Shown here: positions 35,643-35,752 of the stretch, one piece after another
How the letters are laid out: each line of letters starts with the position of its first letter
Numbering within the stretch: the stretch's first letter is position 1
Assembly (NCBI GenBank): GCA_947457525.1
Contig: CANGXE010000001.1
Location: forward strand, 1 to 35,752
DNA: 35,752 nucleotides
Direction: 5' to 3'
Source: Bacteroidota bacterium
GTDB lineage: Bacteria; Bacteroidota; Bacteroidia; Chitinophagales; LD1
The notes under the pieces: generated by a model
The model's database searches: none
Told to the model about the DNA's origin: nothing
What the model saw: the letters and a program-made list of their open reading frames with translations, nothing else
Program-made: the position numbers and the translations under genes

Positions 35643-35752
35643 ATGGAAATCATTACTCAACGCTTAAAATTTTATGGCGAGGGCAGCAAAATGCTGGGCA
35701 TTGTCGTAGTCAACCTAGTGGTTACTATTCTCACACTTGGGCTTTACTACCC
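35643..35752 (+). CDS. DUF898/YjgN-like membrane protein, N-terminal fragment (3' end outside window)
   Basis: ATG at 35643. MEIITQRLKFYGEGSKMLGIVVVNLVVTILTLGLYY matches the F.G.g...l.i...N...ti.TLG.Y pattern of DUF898. Only 36 codons are visible. Confidence 0.5.
   Translation, partial: MEIITQRLKFYGEGSKMLGIVVVNLVVTILTLGLYY

Noticed and set aside
1-35752. I searched for RNA genes, CRISPR arrays, IS elements, integrases and long direct or inverted repeats. I also noted an impression that the first ~12 kb is more GC-rich than 22-26 kb.
   Set aside because: No intergenic gap exceeds 145 nt, and none shows tRNA-like cloverleaf potential or repeat-spacer periodicity. No transposase or integrase motifs appear in any frame of the ORF track. 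The GC impression is by eye only, coincides with housekeeping versus envelope genes, and is not bounded by mobility signatures, so no island is called. A windowed GC and tetranucleotide computation would settle it.

Overview
This is a gene-dense chromosomal segment of about 31 CDS, with every intergenic gap <=145 nt. It has the hallmarks of a Bacteroidota genome: three secreted proteins carry Por/T9SS type-A C-terminal sorting domains, many products have lipoprotein or Sec signal peptides, and several intergenic regions hold exact TAnnTTTG (-7) promoter boxes. The first ~22 kb is mostly recognisable housekeeping: thrS (5'-truncated by the window edge), pbpC, lpdA, icd, pheT, a 3-hydroxyacyl-CoA dehydrogenase, a polyprenol-phosphate mannosyltransferase, a DnaQ-like exonuclease, mpl, ytxJ and a GLUD-type glutamate dehydrogenase. 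These are interspersed with small lipoproteins and two GNAT acetyltransferases. The last ~14 kb looks more accessory. It holds an AsmA-like protein plus an orphan sensor kinase, a T9SS-secreted lysyl-endopeptidase-like S1 protease with a tightly linked lipoprotein, and a DUF1295-type membrane protein. It also holds a 1007-aa PKD/SdrD-B/DUF11 T9SS adhesin preceded by a 488-aa all-helical orphan protein, a small T9SS cargo protein, and the start of a DUF898/YjgN-like membrane protein. I found no rRNA, tRNA, CRISPR array, transposase, integrase, phage gene, recognisable defence gene or pseudogene. I do not see a compelling, complete novel system. The best candidates for uncharacterised biology are: (i) the divergent TlpA / outer-membrane beta-barrel / CxxC Omp28-like lipoprotein cluster at 11.3-14.5 kb; (ii) the protease-lipoprotein pair at 26.4-29.2 kb; (iii) the orphan helical protein plus giant adhesin at 30.2-34.8 kb; and (iv) a glutamate dehydrogenase with an animal-type antenna-like insertion. 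All family assignments come from motif recognition by eye, not from database searches.
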